Shown: positions 34,495 through 43,287 of the stretch, in pieces | Layout of the letters: each line of letters begins with the position of its first letter | Numbering within the stretch: the first letter of the stretch is position 1 | Origin: Clostridia bacterium | Lineage (GTDB): Bacteria; Bacillota; Clostridia; Christensenellales; UBA1242 | Direction: 5' to 3' | Assembly: GCA_017625505.1 (NCBI GenBank) | Contig: JAGAKV010000002.1 | Coordinates: 3,287-67,286, forward strand | Length of the DNA: 64,000 nt | The notes under the pieces: model-generated | Told to the model about the DNA's origin: nothing | The model's database searches: none | What the model saw: only the letters and a program-made list of their open reading frames with translations | Program-made: the position numbers and the translations under genes

Positions 34495-36201
34495 TTAAAT
34501 TTGCGTTTCAATGTCATCTTCAAATGCTTCTTCAAGGATTTTGTCTTCTTCATATTTGGCAGCTTGCGAAGGGGTAAGCTTTACTGACATGAAAACTGTT
34601 GCAAGCTCTGCGCTTATTGTGTTGTCAGCTTTTACGCGTTCGTCCATACTTGCCATTGTGAAGGTAGGCGTTCTTCTGCGGTATTTCACGTTTGACTTAA
34701 GTTTTGGGTCTGCGTCAACAAGTTTGTAAAAACTTTTGATAAGGCCTTCAATATATGGGCTTGCAATTGCGGCTGTTTTGCCGAGGAATGCTTTGTCAAA
34801 ACTGATGTTTGCAATGTCAAGGCTTGTGCCCATTTTTTTGCGGATTTTCTTAAATACTTCTTTTGCTCTTCCAAGTTCGTCAAAGCGCTTGTTTACAATA
34901 TCAATCAAAAGATCGGCGTTTCTTATGTAGCGAATTTTGGCAACAGGCTCTTCTTCTGCAGTGATAAGTGTCACGCCAAGTTGCTTTGCAAGTGACATCA
35001 GGTTTTCTTCGCCTTTTGCAAAGTTGGCTTTTCTTTCTCTATACTTCACCAGCGTTGAAAGGGTGCCAACAAGCTCTAAGCGGTGTTTATCCACAACTTT
35101 TGCAAACACGTCAAGTTGTTTCTTAGTGTATGCGGCAGCGTCTAAAGTTCCGTCTTGTGCCTGCTCTTCTTTTTCATCATCTGTTTCGGCGTTGATGCCA
35201 TGTACAATTTCGTCAGCAATGATGTTTGCTTGATTTTTAAATCCAATCAGAATATTTGATGCGTTAAGCAGAGGATTTTTTTGAGCCATAAGCTTTGGAA
35301 GGTTTTCAATTCTAGCAAGCAGGTTGAATCCAATCTGGTTGTTTTTGTCCATTTCGCCGTAGCCAAGCTGTTTTGTGATTGTGATGAGAATAAGGGTTGC
35401 TTTGTACTCTTTTTCAAGCTCGTCCCCGCAGTATCTTGCAGAAGTTGGGTCGGTTGAATTAAGATAGTTTGTTTTAATAAAGTTGTATGCAGAGCTGTAG
35501 TTTGCAACAGAAGATGTTTTCAATTTTTCAACAAGGTCGCTCACGTTTGAAATCTCAACATTTTCAATGTCCTTGATTTCTTCAAATGTTTTATAGTCAT
35601 ACCACTTTTTGCAGTCTTGAACTTCTGGATTTGTTGTAAATGCCACGCCCAAATAGCTTTGTGCTTTTTCTACATCAACATTGAAATAAGATTTTGCTAG
35701 GTCTGGGTTGATATCGTTTTCAAAAATTTCCAAAATGTGAGCACGTGCTTCGGTGATGCGAGAATCCTTGTATGCGCTCGAAAATTGCAGAGAAAGGAAA
35801 AGGTCGCTTAAATACTCTTCCATTTTAGGATTTTTGTCGCCCAGTGAGTTGACAATGTTTGCAGTCCAAACAAGTTTTACAATGTCAATTGAAGAAGTGT
35901 CAAGGCTGAAAGTCCTTGCAACTTTTTCAAGATAGTCGGCGATGATTGCGTTTTCATTTCTCGACTTATCAGCGCGAAGTTTTAAAAGCAGTGTTGAGAT
36001 TGTTGTTGGATTGCTTAGCCCTTCACCAAACTCTTTAAAGTATTTTGGCTCGTCATAAGCAATTGTCAGCCTGTCAATTGTGCTGAAATTGTTTTGCATG
36101 ATGCTTGCAGTGATTGGATCAAAAGAAAATTTGTAAGAGTTAAGAGCGTTTGTGTCTACGCTTGAAACTAGGCTTGGCAATTCTTGAATTAAATTTGACA
36201 T
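34495..36201 (-). CDS. hypothetical cytoplasmic protein, 568 aa, no motif recognised
   Basis: Long ORF with SD tatGGAGGgataaaaa-ATG, its own promoter and terminator. No signal peptide or TM segment. Helix-rich composition and an acidic C-terminus (EEAFEDDIETQI). Confidence 0.7.
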   Translation of the reverse strand: MSNLIQELPSLVSSVDTNALNSYKFSFDPITASIMQNNFSTIDRLTIAYDEPKYFKEFGEGLSNPTTISTLLLKLRADKSRNENAIIADYLEKVARTFSLDTSSIDIVKLVWTANIVNSLGDKNPKMEEYLSDLFLSLQFSSAYKDSRITEARAHILEIFENDINPDLAKSYFNVDVEKAQSYLGVAFTTNPEVQDCKKWYDYKTFEEIKDIENVEISNVSDLVEKLKTSSVANYSSAYNFIKTNYLNSTDPTSARYCGDELEKEYKATLILITITKQLGYGEMDKNNQIGFNLLARIENLPKLMAQKNPLLNASNILIGFKNQANIIADEIVHGINAETDDEKEEQAQDGTLDAAAYTKKQLDVFAKVVDKHRLELVGTLSTLVKYRERKANFAKGEENLMSLAKQLGVTLITAEEEPVAKIRYIRNADLLIDIVNKRFDELGRAKEVFKKIRKKMGTSLDIANISFDKAFLGKTAAIASPYIEGLIKSFYKLVDADPKLKSNVKYRRRTPTFTMASMDERVKADNTISAELATVFMSVKLTPSQAAKYEEDKILEEAFEDDIETQI

Positions 36202-36227
36202 TTTTTATCCCTCCATAAATTAATTAG

Positions 36228-36256
36228 ATTTTACCATAAAATGTTGCTTTTTTCAA
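36228..36256 (-). promoter_or_regulatory. candidate promoter with extended -10
   Basis: Minus strand: TTGAAA (36256-51), 17-nt spacer, TGgTAAAAT (TAAAAT at 36233-28). Confidence 0.5.
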
Positions 36257-36307
36257 TAGTAATTGCAAAAAATAATGCTAAAAACATAGAAAAAAGCACT
36301 TTTTAAG

Positions 36308-37090
36308 CTATTTTAGCCTAAAAAATGCTCCCGGAGTTTGTGTCGCAACGTCAATTTTGATATGCTCGCCCTCGATGATGCCATTTTTCGAAAGCTCTTG
36401 TGATATATATCGATATGCAATAAGCGGCGAGTTGTTCTCTTTGCTTAAGTGCGATAAAACAATTTGTTTAGTGCCATTTTGGCAGAGATATTCAATGGCA
36501 TCAGCGCAAGATTTGTTGGAAAGGTGCCCGTTTGGACCGTCAATTCTTCGCTTAAGCGAAAGAGGGTATTTTGTCCCGCTTATAAGCATCTGACGGTCGT
36601 AATTTGCTTCAAGGTACACAATTTGGCTGCCCTTGATTGCTGACAGTATGCGGTCATTTGTGTGACCAAGGTCGGTCAGCACGCTTATTTTGTTTGTGCC
36701 ACTTTCAAAACTAAAGCCATAGCAGCTTACATCATGAGGTATTTCGATTGGATTTATAATAAGCTCGCCAAGCGAAAACTTTTCATCAAACATCTTTCGA
36801 TTTTCTTTCCCTATACGCTTAAGTTTGCCGTCTAAATCAATCCAAACTTTTTCATGCGCATAAACAGGTGTGTTGTATTTGCTTGCAAAAACGTCAATGC
36901 CCTTGATGTGATCGCTGTGCTCGTGAGTGACAAGGATTGCATCAATCTCGCTTGGCTTAATGTTGATCAACTCAAGCCTTTTGTCCACTTCAGCGCATGA
37001 CAAACCCATATCCAAGAGGATCTTCTTGTTCTCACTTTCAATGTATGTAATGTTGCCATCGCTTCCGCTTGCTAAATTGATTACTCGCAT
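36308..37090 (-). CDS. MBL-fold metallo-hydrolase (YycJ/VicX-like)
   Basis: 260 aa. MRVINLASGSDGN...ILVTHEHSDHIKG (HxHxDH motif) and a later H/D ligand pattern. TAG stop. Confidence 0.85.
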   Translation of the reverse strand: MRVINLASGSDGNITYIESENKKILLDMGLSCAEVDKRLELINIKPSEIDAILVTHEHSDHIKGIDVFASKYNTPVYAHEKVWIDLDGKLKRIGKENRKMFDEKFSLGELIINPIEIPHDVSCYGFSFESGTNKISVLTDLGHTNDRILSAIKGSQIVYLEANYDRQMLISGTKYPLSLKRRIDGPNGHLSNKSCADAIEYLCQNGTKQIVLSHLSKENNSPLIAYRYISQELSKNGIIEGEHIKIDVATQTPGAFFRLK

Positions 37091-37096
37091 ATATGC

Positions 37097-37125
37097 ATTA
37101 TATCATATTTCGTCAATATTTGCAA
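37097..37125 (-). promoter_or_regulatory. consensus promoter placing +1 on the ATG (leaderless mRNA)
   Basis: Minus strand: TTGCAA (37125-20), 17-nt spacer, TGaTATAAT (TATAAT at 37102-37097), then gcatat (6 nt), then ATG (37090-88). No SD. Confidence 0.6.
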
Positions 37126-37165
37126 GAGATTTCGCTTTTTCAATGAGGGAGCGAGGCCGCGCAGC

Positions 37166-37369
37166 TTAAAACAAGAAGAAAACGAGGGTGTTTTCTGTGT
37201 CTGCGGCTGAGTCTTGACAAGAAAGAGCGTCAACTTTTTCAATAGCAGAAGTTTGATTGTTGCCTTTTCCAAAGTTTTCTTCGCAGTAGCGAAGGCCAAG
37301 ATATGTCGCACCCCAAACAAGCATGCATAGTAAAATAATTCCTATCAAATAAACTACTTTTTTCTTCAT
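37166..37369 (-). CDS. possible small membrane or secreted protein (67 aa)
   Basis: MKKKVVYLIGIILLCMLVWGATYLG is an N-terminal hydrophobic segment. No SD. TGtGATAAT lies 8 nt upstream of the ATG, so it could be leaderless. Confidence 0.35.
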   Translation of the reverse strand: MKKKVVYLIGIILLCMLVWGATYLGLRYCEENFGKGNNQTSAIEKVDALSCQDSAADTENTLVFFLF

Positions 37370-37459
37370 ATTTTTACATTATCACAAATGATGGAAAATC
37401 AAAAGAAGAAAAATATCGCAAAATGTAGAATAGAAAAGATTTTTTGCGTTTGGAAATGC

Positions 37460-37488
37460 TTGACAAAAAATAAATATAATGGTACACT
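37460..37488 (+). promoter_or_regulatory. candidate metG promoter
   Basis: TTGACA (37460-65), 17-nt spacer, TGgTACACT (TACACT at 37483-88). Confidence 0.45.
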
Positions 37489-37512
37489 TATTTGCATAAA
37501 AAGGGGAATAAG

Positions 37513-39099
37513 ATGAAGGAAAAATTTTATGTAACAACACCAATTTACTATCCAAGCAGAAAGCTTACTCTTGGAAACAGCTATACCACAATCATTTGTG
37601 ACGCAATTGCTAGATTCAACAAAAAATTTGGCAAAGATGTTTTTTATTTGACTGGTACTGACGAACATGGCCAAAAAATCAGCCAAGCAGCGGCAAATGC
37701 CGGCAAGAAGGAAATGGACTACCTTGACGAGATTATTGCTGACACAAAAAATTTGTGGAACCTTCTTGGCATAGAGTACGATAAGTTTATCAGAACAACC
37801 GATGACTACCACGAAAAGACTGCTCAAAAAGTGTTTAACGAACTTTACAAACGTGGCTATATTTATAAAGGTGCTTACAAAGGCTGGTATTGCACTCCTT
37901 GCGAGTCTTTCTTTACTGAAAGCCAACTTGTTGACGGCAAATGTCCAGACTGCGGCCGTGAAGTGAAATTTCAAGAGGAAGAGGCGTACTTCTTCAAACT
38001 CTCTGAGTTTGGCGACCGCCTTATCAAACTTTACGAAGAAAATCCAGAATTTCTGCAGCCTCAATCACGAGTAAATGAAATGATCAACAACTTTATCAAA
38101 CCAGGGCTTAACGATCTTTGCGTGTCAAGAACGTCAGTTAAGTGGGGCGTGCCAGTTGAGTTTGATCCAAATCATACAATCTATGTTTGGATTGATGCGC
38201 TTTCAAACTACATTTCAGCACTCGGTGCATTCTCAGACAATGACGAAAACTTTAAGAAGTTCTGGCCAGCAGATGTTCATGTCGTGGGAAAGGAAATTGT
38301 AAGATTCCACGCAATCATTTGGCCTGCAATTCTTATGGCGCTCGACCTTCCACTTCCAAAACGTGTTTACGCTCATGGCTGGATTCTTTTCGGCGGCGAC
38401 AAACTCTCAAAGAGCAAGGAAACAGGTGAGAAAGAATGTGTAGATCCTCGCGTTCTCGTTCCACTTTATGGCTCTGATGCTATAAGATATTTCCTTTACC
38501 GTGAAATTCCTTTCGGTGGCGACGGAAATTATTCAACAGCACTTTTCTTAAACAAGTTTAACTCTGATCTTTCAAACAACTTTGGAAATCTGGTTTCAAG
38601 AACATTTGGAATGATGAGAAAATATTTTGCAAGCGTTGTGCCGGCTGCTGAAGAAATTACAGCTGACGATGAAGAATTTAAAAACAATGTTCTTGCCGAA
38701 GTAAAAGCGGCTTATGAATATATGGATAAGATTGAAATCACAAAGGCAATCACCGCTGTTTTCAACATCTTTACTCATGCAAATACCTATATTCAAAAGG
38801 TAGAGCCATGGGCTGTTGCCAAAGCTGAAAATGGCCAAGCAAGACTTAAAACAATTATGAGATATCTTCTCGAATCAATAAGAATTGGAACAAGCCTTTT
38901 TGAACCTTTTGCCCCAGACTGCACAGCCAAAGTGCTTACTGCCCTTGGCCTTGAGACTAGAGGTGTTTTCGAAAATATGGAGGACTTCGATGGCCTTGCG
39001 CAAGGCAAAGAGCTTGGTGCTCTTGACATCCTTTTCCCTAGACTTGATGTTGAGGCAGAGACTGAAAAACTTAGAAAAATTGCAAACCCAGAAGAATAA
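37513..39099 (+). CDS. metG: methionine--tRNA ligase, short form without the C-terminal tRNA-binding domain
   Basis: MKEKFYVTTPIYYPSRKLTLGNSYTT...YLTGTDEHGQKI. Zinc knuckle CTPC...CPDC. KMSKS motif reads KLSKS. SD aaaaGGGGaataag-ATG, so the track start at 37492 was rejected. Confidence 0.9.
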   Translation: MKEKFYVTTPIYYPSRKLTLGNSYTTIICDAIARFNKKFGKDVFYLTGTDEHGQKISQAAANAGKKEMDYLDEIIADTKNLWNLLGIEYDKFIRTTDDYHEKTAQKVFNELYKRGYIYKGAYKGWYCTPCESFFTESQLVDGKCPDCGREVKFQEEEAYFFKLSEFGDRLIKLYEENPEFLQPQSRVNEMINNFIKPGLNDLCVSRTSVKWGVPVEFDPNHTIYVWIDALSNYISALGAFSDNDENFKKFWPADVHVVGKEIVRFHAIIWPAILMALDLPLPKRVYAHGWILFGGDKLSKSKETGEKECVDPRVLVPLYGSDAIRYFLYREIPFGGDGNYSTALFLNKFNSDLSNNFGNLVSRTFGMMRKYFASVVPAAEEITADDEEFKNNVLAEVKAAYEYMDKIEITKAITAVFNIFTHANTYIQKVEPWAVAKAENGQARLKTIMRYLLESIRIGTSLFEPFAPDCTAKVLTALGLETRGVFENMEDFDGLAQGKELGALDILFPRLDVEAETEKLRKIANPEE

Positions 39100-39128
39100 G
39101 CAGGATAGTTTCTGCTTTTCTTTTTTTT
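39098..39128 (+). terminator. rho-independent terminator after metG
   Basis: Arm aagcag, loop gatagttt, arm ctgctt, followed by ttcTTTTTTTT. Confidence 0.65.
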
Positions 39129-39283
39129 ATGTGCTTATGCAGGGCTTGATGAAGCGGCTGGTGGCTGTATTCTTTTAACTTCATTTTTGACGTACTTGTC
39201 TATTAGCCAAAATCCTTATAAAATAATTTTCTTAAAAACTTGTAAAATAATTTACTTTTTATGTAAAATGGTGTAAAATAAAG

Positions 39284-40444
39284 ATGATGAAAAAGGTAAA
39301 AACGACAATTTATGTAGTGTTATACTCATTTCTCGTCTGCATTGCGATGTCGATGGGCGTTTTTGCTGTCTCAATGCCGCAAATTGAAACCTATACAAAC
39401 ATTTTTTATCATACAAAAACCCCAATGATTGGCAAAACAAACTTTCAAAATGCATATTTAGAGTTTAATGAAGAAGCTTCGTCAATCGGCAACCCTGTCA
39501 TAACAGAAATCTATTTTGACAGTTATACCGATGCTGACCGCGCCACCTACGCGTTTGCGCGGGGTGGGGGTAGCCTTGTAAGTACAAACGTGCTTTCTAC
39601 AATCGATGTAAGTTTGGCGCAAGATGAAAGCATCTTTGCCCACTATTACACTTATTACAACCGCGAGACGTCATCACATATCGGCGCAATGTTTGTCCTT
39701 TCAACCGAGACAATCACAATGCCGGCAGATGCTTCTGATTTTTTTAGAGAAACAAAACTTTATGATTACGATGCAACGGGAGCTCCGATTTCAGTTTTGA
39801 CAAAAATTGAATTTAATAATATTGACACTTCGCTCGTAACAACTATAAATAACATGTTTAACTATTGCCGTTCTCTTACCTCATTGGATCTTTCTATGTT
39901 TGATACACCAAAACTTACAAGCTGCTATATGGCGTTTTTTGGATGCAACCATTTAACTTCGCTCAACGTATCAGGTCTAAAAACATCACTAGTAACGGAT
40001 TTTGGATATATGTTTACACATTGCTCACGCTTACCTCAGCTTAATGTATCAAATTTTAATACATCAAGTGCAACAAACATGGGATATATGTTTCATAATT
40101 GCACTAGCTTAACATCTTTAGATCTTACGAATTTTACAACGAATAATGTAACAAATTTCAGGAATATGTTTTACAATTGTGGGAAACTTGAAATGTTAGA
40201 CCTAGCTTCTTTTAACACATCATCAGCACAAAATATGACGCAGATGTTTTATGTTGCGAGAAAAGTAACTAATATTTATGTTGGTACGGGATGGAACACG
40301 GACAATGTTGTTGAAAGTACGGATATGTTTTCTAGTTGTATCAGTTTACCAAATTATGATCCAAATTGTGTAGACAAAACCTACGCCTACGCTGGGATTG
40401 ATGAGTCGACAGGTTTGTATGGATACTTGACTTTTAAAGAATAA
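39284..40444 (+). CDS. BspA-family (DUF285-type) leucine-rich-repeat surface protein
   Basis: 386 aa. Signal ends MGVFA|VS. About 6-7 LRR units (LTSLDLSMFDT...YMFxxC) and a C-terminal cap ...LYGYLTFKE. No SD. ATG 39284 or 39287 lies 4 or 7 nt after a TAAAAT. Confidence 0.8.
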   Translation: MMKKVKTTIYVVLYSFLVCIAMSMGVFAVSMPQIETYTNIFYHTKTPMIGKTNFQNAYLEFNEEASSIGNPVITEIYFDSYTDADRATYAFARGGGSLVSTNVLSTIDVSLAQDESIFAHYYTYYNRETSSHIGAMFVLSTETITMPADASDFFRETKLYDYDATGAPISVLTKIEFNNIDTSLVTTINNMFNYCRSLTSLDLSMFDTPKLTSCYMAFFGCNHLTSLNVSGLKTSLVTDFGYMFTHCSRLPQLNVSNFNTSSATNMGYMFHNCTSLTSLDLTNFTTNNVTNFRNMFYNCGKLEMLDLASFNTSSAQNMTQMFYVARKVTNIYVGTGWNTDNVVESTDMFSSCISLPNYDPNCVDKTYAYAGIDESTGLYGYLTFKE

Positions 40445-40464
40445 AGAGAATTTCTGCACAAAAA

Positions 40465-40486
40465 AGAGCCTTGTGGCTCTTTTTTT
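40465..40486 (+). terminator. rho-independent terminator
   Basis: Arm agagcc, loop ttgt, arm ggctct, followed by T6. Confidence 0.8.
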
Positions 40487-40590
40487 GATGAGATTATACA
40501 TTAAAAATGTATAAAAATGCAAAATCTTTGAAAATTGATTGTAAAAAAGGAATAAAAAATGGTAATATATATTTGAAAAGGGGGTATTTT

Positions 40591-43272
40591 ATGAATGCAA
40601 CTTTAGTAGGCTGGCTGATGACGCTGCTGTTTGTTTTATTTTTGGCGGCAGGTTTTCTTATTGGATGTTGGCGTGGCCTGAGAAAATCTACAATCAGCTC
40701 GGTGTTATCACTCGTCGGGATTGTGATTGCTTTTTTCATCACGCCGGTTATTACAAATGCGCTGCTTGGCATAAATGTTAATGTCGATGGAGAGGCAATG
40801 CCGATTAGAGAGATTGCTCTTTATCTTTTTAAGCAAGATCCTGACATTTCACTTTTGATGATTGCAAATCCAAATCTTCAAACATTGGCATTAAGTTTGC
40901 CAGGGGCAATAATCAATGCAGTGCTTTTTATTGCTGTGACAATTGTTGTGGAACTTGTTTTATACCTTGTATACAAAATATTGGCTAAAGTTGCCTTTAA
41001 AGAAAGACTCGGCGCGAAAAAACGTAGAGCATGGGGCGGCGCAGTAGGGCTTGTTAAAACCTTTATTATTGTGATTGTTGCAGTAATGCCACTTGCAAGC
41101 TTAATTGGGCTTGCTTCTTCAATGCTTGGGACACCTGCCTCTCAGCAACAGCAAGTTGTTTCGGCGGCTGAAAGCGATGATGAAACGTATGGAGAAACAA
41201 TTTTATCGTCATCCGTTCCAAATGAGATTATTGAAATTGTTGGCGGGCTTGAAAACAACATGCTTATCCAGTGTTGCAGTGTTTTCGGCATGGATGACGC
41301 CATGTTTGACTACTTTGCCACAGTTGATATAAACGATGAAAAGGTGGTAATTCGTAAGGAAGTTTCAAATGTTTACCAAACAGTAAATTCTGTTTATCAA
41401 GTTAAAAGAATTTTGACTGAAGGCAGTGGAAAGGTAAGCAGTTTAGATTATGACGCACTTTCTCGCATGGTAAATGAAATTGTTGATGGTCCTATGTTTA
41501 AGACTATCATTTCTGAAACTGCAGGAGAGATGTTTGTAAGCTATGAGGATTATGATCTTCAAAATGCTATCGATGTTGAAATTCTTGAAGATATAAAAGC
41601 GGGGCTTGAAACAACTAAGCAAAAGACAGGCTCTTATCATGCATATTTTGCCGATGATATTAAAATTGTTTTTGAAATATTTAGAAAACTTGGAGAGGGC
41701 GGCTATATTGATGGCATAGTTGCCGTTGAAAACCAAACTCCAGATGGCATACTTTCATATATTACCTGCGCAGGGAATGTTAAAACGTTTACATCTTGCA
41801 TTTTAAGCGCTTTTGAAATGAATATTCTTCGCGCTTGCGCAGAGCCTTTGGCACAACAACTTGTAAATTCTGTTGCTGAAGGCAAAATTGTCAATGTAGA
41901 CACTTCACACTGGACGGATGCGCAGTGGACAGAGGCAGCTCAATCATTATCAGATACAGTCACTCTTCTCGGCGAAGTTTTGGATGACATTGAACTGAGC
42001 ACTCTCTCTTCAAATGTTATGATGCTTCTTGATAAAAACGAAAACTATGACATTGTGAGCATCTTAGGTAAAACTGGCCAAATTATTGATAATCTCAGAG
42101 GAAATGCGCTGCTTCAAGTTACAGACGCACAAACAAATGAAGAATCCCCACTGATTGATATGTTTTTGGGACAAACGCTTTCTCTTCCAACAGAAAATGT
42201 AAAAACTATTGATGCAAACGGCACTATAGTTGAAAAAGAAATTTCTTCATATGTTGAGCTTTTTGAGTTTGTCTCTCCAGCGCTTGTGAAAATGCGTGAT
42301 GAAAATATTTACAATATTCTTTCAAATAGTACAAATATGATCAAAGATCTTGCAGATGTTATAAGTAAAGCGGGCAAAAAAGATCTTCTTCGCGACATCA
42401 TTCTTCCTCTAAATCAAGTAAGTCCAACTAAAGAAATTATGTCGTCATATCTTGCCAATATGGGTGGCGATCTTATGGACTTGACAACTCTTAATACTTA
42501 TGAAGAATGGAAAAGCGACCTTGAATATATTTCAACTTTGCTTATCAATTTAAATAAGGCGCCAATAAGCTCTAGTGCTAAGAAATATCTTGACTATGTA
42601 CTTGAAGGCGATTTAGCAGGTTTGGTAGATGTGCTTAATACAGAGGATGTTACAGGAATTTTTACTCCAATTATTTATGCAAAATCAACCGAAACTGTAA
42701 GAAACAACGTCTTTTCAATGATGGGCGAAATGCTTACAGACATGGTTGACATGCAAGGCGTTACAGTTACACTTGATTATGAGAATGCAGTCTTTGAAAA
42801 AGGCAACATAGAAGATCAAACAGCAGAGTTTTGTGCGGTAGTTGAAAGCCTTGTGCTTGTTAAGAAGAGCTATGCTGATGGAGACTTGAAATCCATTAAT
42901 AAAAACCACTTAGGTGCGGCGTTAGAAGTGATGAAATACAATGCTTACAGGACCTCGCTTACAGAAATTCCTATGATTAGTCTAAATATTGTTTCGGGCA
43001 AGTTGATGGTGACATATGTCGACAGAGCTTCAAATCTAGAAAATGATGGAGTTTTCAAAGATGCTTTTGCTGCTCTTATGACGAAAATGAAAACGACCTA
43101 TGGACTGGAAATTGCTGCGCTTGAGCTGTTTGAAGTTGCTTATCCAGCCGCAAGCGAAGAAGATAAAGCAAAGGCAGCATTCTATAAGGATGCACTTGAC
43201 AACAACAGGTACGATACAATCAATTTTATTGACATGATGGATTTCTTTGAAAGATATGCAGCGGCAGAATAA
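40591..43272 (+). CDS. CvpA-like polytopic membrane domain fused to a ~700-aa extension
   Basis: 893 aa from the ATG at 40591 (SD aaaaGGGGGtatttt-ATG). N-terminus MNATLVGWLMTLLFVLFLAAGFLIGCWRGLRKSTISSVLSLVGIVIAFFIT resembles CvpA family proteins. There are about 4 TM segments. The remainder is helix-rich with no motif I recognise. Confidence 0.6.
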   Translation: MNATLVGWLMTLLFVLFLAAGFLIGCWRGLRKSTISSVLSLVGIVIAFFITPVITNALLGINVNVDGEAMPIREIALYLFKQDPDISLLMIANPNLQTLALSLPGAIINAVLFIAVTIVVELVLYLVYKILAKVAFKERLGAKKRRAWGGAVGLVKTFIIVIVAVMPLASLIGLASSMLGTPASQQQQVVSAAESDDETYGETILSSSVPNEIIEIVGGLENNMLIQCCSVFGMDDAMFDYFATVDINDEKVVIRKEVSNVYQTVNSVYQVKRILTEGSGKVSSLDYDALSRMVNEIVDGPMFKTIISETAGEMFVSYEDYDLQNAIDVEILEDIKAGLETTKQKTGSYHAYFADDIKIVFEIFRKLGEGGYIDGIVAVENQTPDGILSYITCAGNVKTFTSCILSAFEMNILRACAEPLAQQLVNSVAEGKIVNVDTSHWTDAQWTEAAQSLSDTVTLLGEVLDDIELSTLSSNVMMLLDKNENYDIVSILGKTGQIIDNLRGNALLQVTDAQTNEESPLIDMFLGQTLSLPTENVKTIDANGTIVEKEISSYVELFEFVSPALVKMRDENIYNILSNSTNMIKDLADVISKAGKKDLLRDIILPLNQVSPTKEIMSSYLANMGGDLMDLTTLNTYEEWKSDLEYISTLLINLNKAPISSSAKKYLDYVLEGDLAGLVDVLNTEDVTGIFTPIIYAKSTETVRNNVFSMMGEMLTDMVDMQGVTVTLDYENAVFEKGNIEDQTAEFCAVVESLVLVKKSYADGDLKSINKNHLGAALEVMKYNAYRTSLTEIPMISLNIVSGKLMVTYVDRASNLENDGVFKDAFAALMTKMKTTYGLEIAALELFEVAYPAASEEDKAKAAFYKDALDNNRYDTINFIDMMDFFERYAAAE

Positions 43273-43287
43273 TACAAAAGGAAAACT

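Noticed and set aside
37399-38064. 221-aa minus-strand ORF overlapping the metG 5' region.
   Set aside because: It is antisense to a confidently identified MetRS gene. It has no SD, is Phe/Lys/Cys-rich and looks like no protein family.
40507-40590. Longer N-terminal extensions offered by the ORF track (40507 for the CvpA-like gene, 37492 for metG, 48550 for the hypothetical, 44220 for the ftsL-like gene, and 51189 and 52202 for small membrane genes).
   Set aside because: In each case an internal ATG has a proper SD at correct spacing. The longer form would overlap the upstream gene, promoter or terminator.
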